Positions 41,377-55,858 of a DNA stretch of 64,000 nt are shown here, piece after piece. This DNA comes from Eledone cirrhosa (lineage: Eukaryota). The translations under genes and the position numbers were made by a program. Where the stretch lies: the NCBI GenBank assembly GCA_964016885.1, contig OZ024747.1:14322001-14386000 (forward strand), given 5' to 3'. The notes beneath the pieces were generated by a model. That model had not been told where the DNA came from. It was given only the letters and a program-made list of their open reading frames with translations, and did not search any database. Numbering within the stretch: the stretch's first letter is position 1; each line of letters starts with the position of its first letter.

Positions 41377-41944
41377 GTCATAGGCACGCTAGGTACTATC
41401 TCAAAAGGTTTCCAGTTGAAAAAGATGACATCTCAATCTTGTGGAACTTTAGCATCCAAACAGACCGAAAAATAGATGCAAATAGACTTGATATAATACT
41501 GAAGGACTTTAAAAAGAGGGTATGCCTGCTAATTGATATGTCCGTTCCAATAGACAAGAAGTTATCTATAAAAACATTTGAAAAATTGAGCAAGTATAAG
41601 GACCTGGAGATAGAAATTGGAAAAATGTGGAAATTGAGAACTAAAACAATACCAGTGGTTGTAGGCGCTCTAGAAATGATACCTAAGGGGTCTAATGGTT
41701 ACTTATCGCAAATCCCAGGAAACACGCGTATAGGAGAAATACAAAAGATAGTACTAATGGGAACTGCCCATATACTAAGGAAAAAACTGTCAATATAAGT
41801 ACATCACAAGTCTAAACACCTAAAGATGCTTGTGTGTGTATGTATGTTCTTTATTGAACACGGCGGACCTTGTTGTCTCTTGAGGTCACTGGTTGTGACC
41901 TGGTGATAACTTGTATGAACATAAAGCAAGATAAATGCAACTGT
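41377..41944 (+). mobile_element. R4/Dong-clade 3' fragment (restriction-like endonuclease plus 3' UTR) inserted in (TAA)n
   Basis: WNFSIQTDR.I.ANR(P>L)DII....LID.SVP....EK..KY.DL..EI..MW....PVVVGAL..IQK.VL.GTAHILRK. TAA runs at 41329-41376 and 41944-41967. Confidence 0.9.
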
Positions 41945-42023
41945 AATAATAATAATAATAATAATAAATGTCAAGACTAAAATCCAAAGAGGGCTCGATA
42001 AGGATAAATATATATCAAATATA

Positions 42024-42886
42024 CGAGGTGTGTCAGAAAAGTTCCAGGACTGATGTCACAAAAGATTATTTCAAACCCAAATTTCACACTAAGAGTTTTC
42101 TCCTTCAAAGTAATCCCCCTGGAGTATGGAACCGTAATCTTAGCTCTCTGCAGCGATCAAACTTTTTTCTTAATAATTTTATATACATGTCCTCTGTTTC
42201 AGGTCGTCAACCAATGAGCACAGAACAACGAACAAACTTGAAGTTTCTGGTACGGTTGGGGAAAACTCCGTCAGAAGCACTGGGATTGCTGCAGCAAGTG
42301 TATGGAGATGAGACGATGTCACGCTCACATGTTTTTGAGTGGTGCAAGAACGGAAGGCTCTCAACAACCATTACTGAGGTCAACGTTGAGCGTGTCAAAC
42401 AGATGGTGCGTAGCGATCGTCGGCTGACTGTTCGACTGATGGCAAATGAGTTGGGCATAAATCGGGATAGCGTCTGGAAGATTCTCACTGAAGATTTTGA
42501 CATGCGGAAAGTCTGCGCGAAGATGGTACCAAAACTGCTGAACGATGACCAGAAGGGACGACGCATGTAAGTGTGCCAGGACATCCTCGAGCGTCTTGAA
42601 ACCGAACCAGACTTGCTAGGGACAATCATCACCGGTGATGAGTCATGAATCTTCGAGTACGACCTGGAGGCGACCCGTTTTAAAGACGTGGACTACATCA
42701 AAAAGTCTGTGACGACGGAACTGCGGAAGAATCCTTCCAGGAGCGCATGCAAGCGTGGCAGAAAAGGATGGAAAAGTGCATTAGACTCCAGGGGGATACT
42801 TTGAAGGAGAAAACTTTTAGTGTGAAGTTTGGGTTTGAAATAAATCTTTTGTGACATCAGTCCTGGAACTTTTCTGACACACCTCG
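42024..42886 (+). mobile_element. Internally deleted mariner transposon with ~100-bp TIRs
   Basis: TA TSD at 42022-42023 and 42887-42888. 42024-42125 is inverted at 42785-42886. Transposase from ATG 42214: EQR..LKF..LGKT..E, HTH, RKVCAKMVPK.L, ITGDES*IF.YD, then a deletion to GYFEG. Confidence 0.95.
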
Positions 42887-42987
42887 TATAAGAACCCGTT
42901 AAGGGTGAAAGCAGCGATTCTTTGCTTAAACTTTAATCCGTTGTTTTAATAAATATATATGCATATATATATACATATGCATATATA

Positions 42988-43090
<103 letters not shown>

Positions 43091-43380
43091 TATATATATA
43101 TATATATATAATATATATATATATATATTATAATAAAACCCAAGATCAGTGATAACTGTCTTGTCATAGATTAGATGATACATAAACTGACAAACATAGA
43201 CAATAGTTAACGATGGGCTTCCCTCTTTATTGTTTACAATGTTTTCTTCACTCTCTTCAACTTCCTCATTCTATTGTTACCTCCCCTGCTATCAATAACC
43301 TTTTCTTTCTAACATCATTCTATGACTACATGCTTGTCAATTTTCCTACAAATTCCTCACCTCTTCACCGTTTATACACC

Positions 43381-43505
<125 letters not shown>

Positions 43506-44238
43506 GGCGACCTACGTAGTAAATCGTATTATCGTGAGCTCCGCAAAGGTTTGTTATTTTCAGTTCTTTAAAATTGCCATTCATGGAAAATTTTTATTGT
43601 TAACACTATATAAGTGCACATACATTGATTTCTAAAAAGGACACTCAAAAATATTGAGGCCTTGAGCCCAAAATTTAAACTTTTTATAATTATCAAACAA
43701 AAATTTTTCTTTGAAAAATAATGGATGACTCAGAGTCACTCCTTCCTCACACTCTAACACCTCACACCGACACCACCATTGTAAATATTGCTACGTTTGC
43801 CAACACTGGAAATGTAAGCAGTACCAATATTTTAAATTTGTCTCAGGCAGACGTTCATTTCCCGCCATTACCAATGACAGCAGGTGTTAAAGCCGCCACC
43901 ACCCCCACCACCGCAACAACCACCACCCCACCACCACCACAGCGACAACAAAATAAAAGAAAAAAATAAATTAACTCGTGATATCGAAATGAATTCAACC
44001 AAAATGAACTCTTCCACACCGAACACAACTGACGCCACCACCACCACAACTGAAACTAAAATTAACAATAGCAAAAATAACGATAACAACAACAGCAACA
44101 ATGAAATTAAGAAAACTACCCTGAGTTTTGCCAGAGTAGCAAAAACGTGCGAAGCGATCCAGGTAACTCAGGAGGAATTAGAAGAAGCCAAAGGAATGGT
44201 AAAGAAAGATGTGTACAGGGTCAGCCTCCCCCCCCCAC
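43506..44238 (+). mobile_element. 5' end (UTR plus ORF1 start) of a Tx1-like element, truncated
   Basis: Starts GG right after (TTA)n. UTR motif AATATTGAGGCCTTGAGCCCAAAATTTAAACTTTTT resembles 45272-45312. T/N-rich ORF1 start with SFA.VA. Confidence 0.6.
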
Positions 44239-44244
44239 CTAATA

Positions 44245-45110
44245 AAATGGAGCAACGTGGCGTATGCTCATACCACTTCCCAGAATGTGGTAAATTGTTT
44301 ACTTTGCATAGGTGCCAGTGGATCACCCTGCCCATCACATCATGTCTCCAGCCTTTATAGTGAGTCTGGGCTAGATGTTTACACTCGGATACAATGTGAG
44401 CCACAGTCTCCTCTCTCTCTCCACAGATCCTGCACAGTGGGCTAGCCTTCTCTTGTAAATATGGTGTTTCAGCCACTTAGTTTTGAGGGCCTGCTCTTGC
44501 GCAGCCATTAGCATTCCTTCTGTAGCCTTTTTAAGGTCTCCTCTTCTCAACCAGTTCCATGTCTGTGGATCTCTGAATTCAGTTTTCTCAAAGAAGGTAG
44601 TATGAAGGGATTTTTCATGAAGGCTGCTCTTTCTCCTCGTTGTTATTTCCTCCTTGGACATCCCCTGGTCTATTGTCCTCTCCTTCAGTACAATTCTGAG
44701 CATTGGCTCCTTACTATCAGTCACGTATTTGTTTAGGTTGTTTTTCTCCATCTGAACACAGTCCTCTATGCTGATAAGATTCTTCCACCTTCAGATCTCC
44801 TTAAGTAGAGTCTACCGACATCACTCCTCTTGTGGAACATGTAGATAGTCAATAGCTTCCTAGTCTTCCTATCCATTTCTCTTTGTTCAGCAACATTCCA
44901 TCTCAGAATTCCCGCACTGTACCTAATAATAGACACAGCTCGGGAATTTACTGCACTTATGGAATTCCTACTGTTCAGATGTGACTTTAATACGCTCCTT
45001 ACTCTCCGAATGTATTCAGATCTTTTCAATTCCTTCATTTTTTTTGTTCTTGATGTCATCAGCCTCCAGAACACCCAAATACTGTATCCTTCTTCAGTGA
45101 CAATTTCCTT
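44245..45110 (-). mobile_element. R4/Dong-clade fragment (RT thumb to CCHC), frameshifted
   Basis: LKSHLNSRN.I.AVN..AV.IIRYSAGIL.W, DRKTRKLLT, RLYL.RSEGGR, TEG.LMAAQEQAL.T, CRICG...ETV.HIVSEC..LA...Y..RHD. Confidence 0.9.
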
Positions 45111-45138
45111 TATTCTTCTTCTTCTTATTATTATTATT

Positions 45139-47888
45139 GGTCTAAGTGGACGTATTTTGCTAGCTCACAGTAAGTCGCTTTATTTGCCTGTTAAAATTAT
45201 CTGTTGTTAAATATTTCTTGTTGTGTAAGGGTTATAAGCCTTTAGACTTTGTCCCGTGAAGGGCAAAATATAATATTTGGGCCTTTTGGCCCAAATATTT
45301 GAACTTTTTTTTACATGTTAAAACATTTACGAAGAAAAAAAAACATGACTGAACCACGCCCCCCCATCGATATGTCGGCTGTCGTGCGACAACGAAGTAG
45401 AAGTTGAGAGGAGCGCTACAGCGAAATTAACACACATTGATAACACAAACACCACCACAAACAAGGTAACCAAAGACACCAATGATACCAATAAGAACAC
45501 TAATTTTGAAAAAAATGACAGTAACAGCGACAACGAAAATACAGATAACAAAAAAACAAACAACAATATCAACACCACTAACGTGAAAACAAATAGCGAC
45601 AACACCAACAACAACAATACCAACTGCACCGAGAACAACGGTGACAGCAAAGACAACAATGATAACAGCGACAGTGCTAACAACATCACCAACAAGAACA
45701 ACGACAACAAAACCCCCAACGAAAACAAGAAGAACAGTTTCGCTGCGGCAGCAGTAAAAAAGAGGCCATGTTTCAACATGGACCTCTCAAACAAAGATGA
45801 AAAGTTGGCCCAGGCATGGAAGCTCATCAAGCAAGAGCAAACTTGGGCCAACTTAACTGTTCCGGTAGAAGCTATTGAGGCAGTGGAGCGCAAAACGGTG
45901 CATTATAGATGCATCTCAGCACAATCCAAAAGGGCAGCTTTAATCCCACAAGATGTCGAAGTCGCGCTGAGATGCATCAGAGAAGACAGTACATAGAGAG
46001 GGGCAGACAGTACAGCACCATTTCGGTGTTGTTCAAGTCAGAAGCCCTCGCTATGAAACACGCTATAGCTCCTTGCAAAACCAGCAAGGTCATAATGTAC
46101 CCCTCCCAGAATCCCACTAGGACTTGACATGTGGTGGCTTCTGGGATGTGTGATTGTGGAGGGGACGGATACAGTCCCTATAGAAGTGACCAGAACGGCC
46201 AGAGAACGGCTGGAGCTGTTGCAGGGCATCCCGCTCGAACCGGGACGCGGAAAGGCTGTGTCGGCTTATGCGGACGACATCACCCTGATGGTGTCGGACA
46301 CCTCAGAAATCGAGGTGGTCGGCAACTTATTGGAGGAATATGAAAGGTTGACGGAAGCAAAACTTAACCCGGAAAAGTCAGTGGGCTTGCAACTCGGCAC
46401 CTGGAGAGGCAAGTCCATGCCGTCCAACAGCGTCGTTAGGCGCTGGACGGACGGACCGGTAAAGTTGCTAGGGGTTTGGTTCGGGCCAGACCTCCAGGTG
46501 GATAATAATTGGGACGAGGTGACGGGCAGGGTAGTCAGTCTCACCCAGAAATGGGCTGGGATGAAGCTATCACTGAAAGGTCGGGTGGAGATAGCCACCG
46601 CGTACATCGCATCCGTCATCTACTACCGTCTGACTGTCGGCCCTTGCCCCCGTTCGCGTCTCGCCATCTTGGAGCGGCTCCTCTTCAAATTCTTGTGGAG
46701 GGGTCAGGTTCCGCTGGTGAGGCGGTCCATCTGCTGCCAGCACTATCTACGTGGATGGATGGGCATGCCGCGGCCAATGATGCGCAGGCACGCGCTGAGG
46801 CTGTGGCATCTCCAGATATTCTTCCTAAACGGTGAACAGGTGTGGTCGCCGTTTGTCAGACGGGCCTTTCCGCAGCTCGTTTCTTTGACTGAGTTGCAGT
46901 CAATGGTAAAGAAGAGACCGAGACTGGGTGACTGGCATCTGGAATGTTTCCAGGCACTCACTGCTCTTTACCAGGCGGGCAATGCGGTCAGTGGAACTTC
47001 CACTCTCGAGTTCTATAGAGGATTAGTGGTGGGCAAGTGCGACGACGCACTCGGAGAGGCTCTGGGAGTCAACGAAGTCGAGCTAACCAGTCTGTACCGG
47101 TGGACTTTCGAGCCGGGGACGATGGATAATTTCCAAAAATCCCTCGCTTGGCAGTGCTACCGGGGGCACTCTACAGGCACGGAAGTGCTGTCAGACGGAC
47201 CTGCCCGAGATGCGCACAGAGCGACGAAACCGTTCTGCACGCACTCCTCCAGTGTCCGTGCATTACTGACTTGTGGAGTTATGTTGAACAGCTGTTGTCG
47301 CGTGTACAACGGATCCGGCTATCGGCCGAGTCCATAGTGAAGATCGACCCGCCGCCTTCTTTTGGCCAGGAGGGGCAGGCAATTTTCCTCTGTCTGGTGG
47401 CAGTAGCGAAAGAGGTTGTATGGTGGACGAGGTTGAAAGGCCTGAAGACAGACACTTTTCTCTTCGGCCAATCCCTCATCAACTTTTTCAAGTTTCACTT
47501 GGAAAGGAAGGTGAGGGTGGAGAGAGAAGTGCTGCCCCCCAGTACATTTGCTGAAAGGTGGGTGAATGTGGCGAGAATGGCCTGTGTGAGTGGGCCTACT
47601 CTGGTCATGCGGCTGTAGGTAGGTAAATTTGAAGAGGAGAGGGGTGCCCTTCCAGGGTTCTCTCGAAGCGTCGGGTCGTTCAGGACTGGTGGGGTACCTG
47701 AGCGAACCCTAGGTGGTCATCCCCCCTATTGGGGAATGTTTTCTTGTAATTTTCTTGTTACTTTATTGTTACTTTGTTATTGTTACTTTGTTTATTGATA
47801 TTGTTTACTCGATTTTTCTGTAAAACCCCATTGTCCCAGTCTTTTGTATTGTCCCCTATATGTCGGCCCTTGTGGCCAATAAATGAAA
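45139..47888 (+). mobile_element. Internally deleted Tx1-clade LINE, relative of 1-5100, with both ends retained
   Basis: 5' UTR, ORF1 remnant (TVHYR.IS..SK..A...Q..E.., DMWWLLG) fused at ~46205 to the ORF2 C-half (LELLQGIPLEPG, YADD ... 47618). AATAAA at 47878. (ATT)n on both sides. Confidence 0.92.
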
Positions 47889-48959
47889 TCATTATTATTA
47901 TTATTATTATTATTTTATCATCTGCCTCCATGAACTCCTGTTTACATATCGATATATACACATATATGCCCGCACCACTATGCGCTCATATACACACCTT
48001 TACATATTTAAGCAGGCACACATTAACACATACATATACACGAAAAGCATGCACACATATATGCTTAAAATACACACAAAAACAAAACATATGCACATAT
48101 GATTACACAATTACACGCATACGAAAACAAACAGACATATTATTTCATAAACATTTATATACACAAACACACTTGCAGATGCACACATACGCATACAAAA
48201 AACAACAGCAACAACACGTACGCATACAAACATAAACATATGTCCATTAACACATACATACATACAAAACACTCACACTTCTGCAAGCACAAGCATACTT
48301 ATAACACACAAAACATACACGTGTTTACACAAATTCACACATACATGTACGCAAATAAATACACAAAACACACACACATACAAGCACAAACTTATACATC
48401 TCCACAGACAAAAGAACACACTAACACATGCATGTCCATATAAATGTAAACTAATAGAGTTAATATTACACGTTTATAAACCAACAGAAAATCACACAAA
48501 AATATCCATATTTGAATACAATAGCATCTAGAAAAAGTTTCCAAATTTAGAAACAAATCCATTTTCATTACAGGAAGAAGTTTAAAATCAATTCTTTAAC
48601 CATTTCTGTTTGCTTAAAAAATATTCTAAGCTCCTTTCCGCCATTAAAGACTAAAGGAAAAGCGAAACAATAGACAATACTAGGTAAAAAATTGTTTGAG
48701 AGAAAGAAAACGTGTGTGGATTTTTTGGTTGTGGTAGGGTGTTTGTAAGTGACAAAAGGACCAAGATAGGGAGATAAAGAGTGTGTGAGAATGAGAGGGA
48801 GAAGAGGCTGTATTAAAGAAGAAGGACAAAATGTAGTGAGAGAAAGAAAGAGAAAGATGAGAAAGAAGAATGAGGGAAGGAGATATGGGTTAGTAATAGA
48901 GAGTTAGAATGAAATAGAGCGAAAGAAAAATATCGGCGAATGAAAGAAGCGAGAAAGAA

Positions 48960-49205
48960 AGAAAGAGAGAGAGAGATTTTAACATAATGAAAGAGAGACA
49001 AGGAAGAAACAGGGATGAGAGAGAGAAAGAAAGAGAGAGAGAGAGAGTTGGAGACATTTTAACATAATGAATGAGCGACAAGGAAGAAACAGGGATGAGA
49101 GAGAGAAAGAAGGAGAGAGAGAGGGGGTGGGGGAATTTTAACATAATGAAAGAGAGACAAGCAAAAAACAGGGATGAGAGAGAGAGAGAGAGAGAGAGTG
49201 AGAGA
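48960..49205. repeat. Three ~80-bp tandem units (TTTTAACATAATGAA..ACAGGGATGAGAGAG)
   Basis: Motif at 48977, 49057 and 49136. Confidence 0.85.
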
Positions 49206-49932
49206 GAAAGTGTCAGGTCGGCCATACGTGAAAGAAATTGAATATATTGAATATGAAAGAAACACCAGCTAAACAAAAATGACAAATAATGAGAGTAAGA
49301 AAGAAAGAAAGAAAGAAATGAGAGAAAGACAAAACAAGAAATAGAAGGAAAGAAAACAAACGTATGAAATGAAGTTTAGTTGAATAATCGAGAGAACGAA
49401 ATTGTTTCCTTTTGTAAGCGAATAAAAATATCAATAAAATACAAATATATATATATATAACTATAAATAAAATAAAAATACAAATATATATATAACTATA
49501 AATAAAAATAAAAATATATATATATAACTATAAATAAAAATACAAATATATATGTATAACTATAAATAAAATAAAAATAAAAATATTAGATATATATAAA
49601 AAATGTTAAAGCAAAATAAATAAAAAATTCCAAATATATGCGAGAATACATTCGTGTCAGTAAGTTAAGTCTTTTGACACCGAAGTTTCGGAGTTTCCGA
49701 ATTTCCGCTTAGTTTACAATTCACAAGGAGCTTTTATTAATATAATCAATAGTAAACACAGAGTTTAATTATCAACAAAAGACTTTTCCGGATCTTTTAC
49801 AGAAGACACTTCCTCTCTTGATAATATTCTTTGTAATACAGTTTTGTTTATCTGCTGACTTTGTTTTCGGTTATGAGTAAATTGCAAAAGTTGGCAAGAT
49901 TGGTAAGGAGCTATTATTAGGGTTGAGATAGA

Positions 49933-50046
49933 GGGCGGTGAATTGACAGTATCGGTAGAGGCTTGGACGCCATACTTTCTAGCATAGTTATGTCCCTTTA
50001 CGGTCAGAGTTCAAATCCCGTCGAGGTTAACTTTGCCTTTCTTCCT
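49933..50046 (+). mobile_element. SINE 5' half
   Basis: Family head and B-box. Confidence 0.8.
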
Positions 50047-50247
50047 CGAAATCTAGAGATATTTTAGACGGATATTTTAGTAGAGGTGGCAGTTCTAGAG
50101 TCGGATGTGTTAATTATAAAACTCTGCTATAATATTGTCAATTGAAATAGTTGATACCACCACAATGTTGTGTATTCATAGATAGCGAATCAGACACACG
50201 CATAAGCGTATGTACGTACGTCTTTATATATATATATATATATATAT

Positions 50248-50480
50248 TAGGATTGAGGATTGGTGCTCTGAAATAGCGATGTATAGTATATTTGGCAAGA
50301 TACCGTATGTTTAATTAAAAACATTTATGAACCCCAACCAGCGTGAAACATACTGTCAGCTTCTCTCCCTTCTCTCACCGAAAAGAAGTAAGTGACATAG
50401 TCATTACTTCAAAACTGAAAACGTATGGTCTTCTAAATGTTTTTAATTAAACATACGGTATATTGCCAAATATACTATAT
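50248..50480. mobile_element. PLE-like foldback unit in (TA)n with hammerhead 3' half
   Basis: Arms 50282-50327 and 50434-50479. ATGA-stem-GAAACATACTGTC at ~50327-50357. Confidence 0.65.
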
Positions 50481-50487
50481 ATATATT

Positions 50488-50643
50488 CATGGAAACACTG
50501 GAAGAGGAAGACCGAGGTTAACATATGTTGATGCCCTAAGGACAGACACTGGTTTCTTGGAGACGCAGGACATGGTAGCGATAATGAGGGACAGAGACCG
50601 CTGGAGAGAACTCGCCCATGGATCTCGGGAATTTTACCCGCCC
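50488..50643 (+). mobile_element. RTE-like 3' fragment
   Basis: HG...RGRPRLTYVD.L..DTG.....M.DRD.WR, between TA tracts. Confidence 0.75.
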
Positions 50644-50856
50644 TATATATATATTTATATATATATATATATATATAAATATATATTAATAGTAATAATA
50701 ATATAAATTTGAAGACTAAAATCCAAAGGGGGCTCGATAAGGATAAATATAATTCAAATATATAAGAACCGTAGAGCAAATATTTATTAAAATAACAGAT
50801 TAAACTTTAATCTGTTATTTTAATAAATATATTTATACTATATATATATATATATA

Positions 50857-52125
<1,269 letters not shown>

Positions 52126-52160
52126 TTTCATAGGTACATCTTTATTTATAAAACAAACTT

Positions 52161-52229
52161 TGTATTTTATCTGATGAAAGCGCGCCAAGGTTTGCTTGGT
52201 TGCCCTTGAAATATATATAATAAAATATA
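52161..52229 (+). ncRNA. Type I hammerhead ribozyme motif, intact core, long stem II
   Basis: UGUAUUUUAU-CUGAUGA-AAGCGCGCCAAG guuug CUUGGUUGCCCUU-GAA-AUAUAUAU-A-AUAAAAUAUA. 10-bp stem I. Confidence 0.85.
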
Positions 52230-52434
52230 TATGGTTTTATATATATAGTTTCCATTTATTTAATATCATGGTATATATATACATATATATAAGTTGATGA
52301 CATCACAATACTACTAGGTGCTTCACATAATGTATGGTACTGCAATATCATGTATCACTGTCCTACTCAATGTTAACTGGGTTTAAACAAATGGAGAGAA
52401 AATCGCTACAGAATTCGGATGTAAGGTGGTAAAA

Positions 52435-52499
<65 letters not shown>

Positions 52500-52506
<7 letters not shown>

Positions 52507-52655
52507 AAAAAGAGATGAAATCGAAAATGCAACTGTTGTCTTATTTTTTTAAAAATTAAGACTCCAGTTGCATTTTAGATTTCATCTCTTTTTCTTTATA
52601 CTTTCACTCGTGTAGGACACCTCGGTTATTTTTCATTTTGTAAAAAAAACCTCAC

Positions 52656-52662
<7 letters not shown>
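52500..52662. mobile_element. Foldback unit between (TA)n tracts
   Basis: Arms 52500-52535 and 52565-52600. Confidence 0.7.
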
Positions 52663-52743
<81 letters not shown>

Positions 52744-52842
52744 AAAGTTATATTTAAATTGTTGGGTTACAACTAGTAAATATTTATACAAGTCGATGTT
52801 GAACGGTATGTCAAATCTATTTATCTATAAAACTGTCTATAT

Positions 52843-52910
52843 TGTATTTTGTCTGAAGAAGGCATAACATATTGTTAATATGATATCCCTGAAATATATA
52901 TAATGAAATA
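52843..52910 (+). ncRNA. Type I hammerhead ribozyme motif, paralogue of 52161
   Basis: UAUUUUGU-CUGAAGA-AGGCAUAACAUAUU guu AAUAUGAUAUCCCU-GAA-AUAUAUAU-A-AUGAAAUA. Same downstream tail as the 52161 copy. Confidence 0.85.
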
Positions 52911-53433
52911 AATATGGTTTTATAAATATAGTTTCCATTTATTTAATATCGTATATATATATATATATATATATATATAAGTATATTATGGTTCTCGGCT
53001 GCTGTTTTAGCTGTCTTTTGGTCCATTCAAACCACCATGGCATCTATACCGTGCATGTTTTCTTTTCCCACCCTGAGCGTATACTAGTTATCTGATACAT
53101 GTTTAGATGATCGTATTGTTGATCTTCCAGTTGATAAGCGGTCAACGGTATGAATCTACACTTTATTTGTGGCGAAACATGCTTACATGTCCAGGAGATA
53201 TAGTCATAAACGAATAGTCTCTACATTTTAATTCTTTCTTTTAATTGGTATGTAATCTGCATTTTATTCGTAAACAATATGGTTTTCACTCTGGTGGTAT
53301 CCTTTCCCATACAATTGAACGCTTACCTCGTTTTGTATTTTCCTCTCTATACTGTATTATAAATAGCCCGGAATCTATTCCTTGAGCTCATTAAATTATA
53401 AGGGATTAAAGTGAGTCTTTAACTCCATTTTTT

Positions 53434-53477
<44 letters not shown>

Positions 53478-53514
53478 ATAATATCCAGTTCTGCGTTTGC
53501 AGATTGACTTTGTT

Positions 53515-53565
53515 AGTTTCAGAAGATCCCGTTAAGGGTGAAAGCAGCGATTCTTTGCTTAAACT
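53515..53565 (+). ncRNA. Hammerhead motif with U4-to-A core change; family also at 27243 and 42889
   Basis: AGUUU-CAGAAGA-UCCCGUUAAGGGU-GAA-AGCA gcgauucuu UGCU-U-AAACU. Confidence 0.65.
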
Positions 53566-53584
53566 TTAATCTGTTATTTTAATA

Positions 53585-53658
<74 letters not shown>

Positions 53659-54080
53659 CGCCTTTCCGTATAGTTTCAGTGTACCATACTTCATTAATAA
53701 ATCATTAGCAGTCCTTGTTCAATATGCTGTTGGTGGTATCGAACCCTGGTACCCGTGGTTGCAAACGAAACGCATTATCAACAGTACCTATGTTATGGCA
53801 GTACATTATTAATATTCACTTCTTTTTTTTTTGTAATCGCAACAATAAGAAAAAAAGCCTTGAAAAATAAAAAAATTAAACATTCATATGGCCAAAATCA
53901 GAATGGTTGGCATGTATGTATATCGATATGAAAGGAAGATGGACTCCGTACAAACGTAGTATATATACACATACACACACATACACACCCATACAGACAC
54001 ATATGCAAACACACACACACACACACTCATACATACACACATGCAAACACACATACATCACACACTTATATACACATTTG

Positions 54081-54140
<60 letters not shown>

Positions 54141-54201
54141 CCCATACACACATTATATATATATATATATACATATATATATGTATGTATATATACATAC
54201 A

Positions 54202-54273
<72 letters not shown>

Positions 54274-54679
54274 CATATATGCCTATATATATATATTTCG
54301 ATAAACGTTTCTCTTAGATAAGGATCAAAGAAGTGTAGTTTTGTATATGGGGAGGATAACAGCAGGGATAATAAAGGCTGGGTAAAATTGAAAAATAAAA
54401 CCCCAAAATAGACAAATAGTGTAACGCAATTTTTAATAATAATAAAAAATAGCAGAGAGTTTTCCAAGAGAGTTTTACCTAATATTTTATATTCACTTAA
54501 GATAAACTTCTGACGGGCGTAAACATTTTCCTTTTTTTATTTACTTTGCAATTTGATATCACACTTATTTTTGTTATCATTCCTTGCACTTTTCACATTT
54601 TTAATATAACAACAACAACAGCAACACCAGCAGCAGTAGCAACAACAACAATAATGATAATGTTAATAATAATAATAAT

Positions 54680-55520
54680 TATTATTTATTTGACACAAGG
54701 GCCGGCTTATAAGGAACAACACACACACAGAAACAGTGGAGGTTTAAAGGAAATCGAGTAAAAATCACACAGCAGCTAAGTAAGAATACAACTACAGTAA
54801 TGAAATTCCTCAATAGAAAGGAATATCACCCAGGGGTGACTCAGGAATCCTACAGATCCTAACCTAGCGTACTCTCCAAGCACATCCTATGTGGATGAAT
54901 CTCTCCTCTCCAAACTATCCAGTCAACGGGTGCATGGTCAGAGTAGGCCTATTCACACGAGTGATACTCGCTATATACGCCCATCATTTAACAGATGCAC
55001 CGGTGTGTAGTGGGGACAGAACTTTCCTCTGCACCTTCAACTTCCTTTCTAAGTGGAATTTGAAAAGTTAATGAGGGCTTGTTGGCCGATGAGGAAATTA
55101 TCTGTCTTCAATCATTTTATCCTCATCCATCAAACGACCTCTTTTACCACAGCCACCAGGCAGAGAACAATGCCTGCCTTTCCCGCCTAAAAGAAGGCGG
55201 TGGGGAGATCTTCCCGATGGACTCGGTCGATTGCCGGATCCGCCCTATACTTGATATTAGCTGTTCGTCAAAATACTACAGGTCAGTAATGCATAGACAC
55301 TGGGCGACTGCGTGCAGAACGTTTTCGTCGCTCTACTCGCATCTCAGATAGGTCCGCCTGGCCGCACATCTGTGTCTGTATAGTTTATTTCGAACCGGCA
55401 GTGCCCACCGGTAACACTGTCAAGCCAGGGACTTCTGGAAGTTGATCATACTCCCTGGCTCGAAAGTTCTCTGGAACAGTCCGGTCAGTTCGATTTCTTC
55501 GACGCCCAGAAACTCTCCGA
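54680..55520 (-). mobile_element. Decayed 3' fragment of the same Tx1 lineage
   Basis: Reverse complement aligns with 47080-47888 (NFQKSLA, FKFHLERK, 3' UTR). (AAT)n at 54665-54680. Confidence 0.85.
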
Positions 55521-55715
55521 GAACGATATGTGAACAAAAATAGGCATTTGGCACTCTGGAAGAAGACAATGGAATCCTATCGCACCCTGGAAGAAGACAA
55601 TGGAAAGGATACTGTTCCTAATGCTAACCAGGCTAAGGGGTAAAAGGATATGGCGAAACACTGTGGTGCAATAAAGAGATGCCGAGTGCCTAGAAACCTT
55701 CAAGACAGAGTTCCG

Positions 55716-55858
55716 AGGATTAAATCGACGCCAAGCATTGAGTCGTACTTTATGTTATCGAACCCGTAAGGATGAAAGGCAAAGTTAACCTCGGCAGTAT
55801 TTGAATTCAGACCATAAGGGGCCGTAACTCTATGCTCTACCGATACTGCCAATCCACC
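55716..55858 (-). mobile_element. tRNA-derived SINE
   Basis: Family core and head. Confidence 0.8.
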
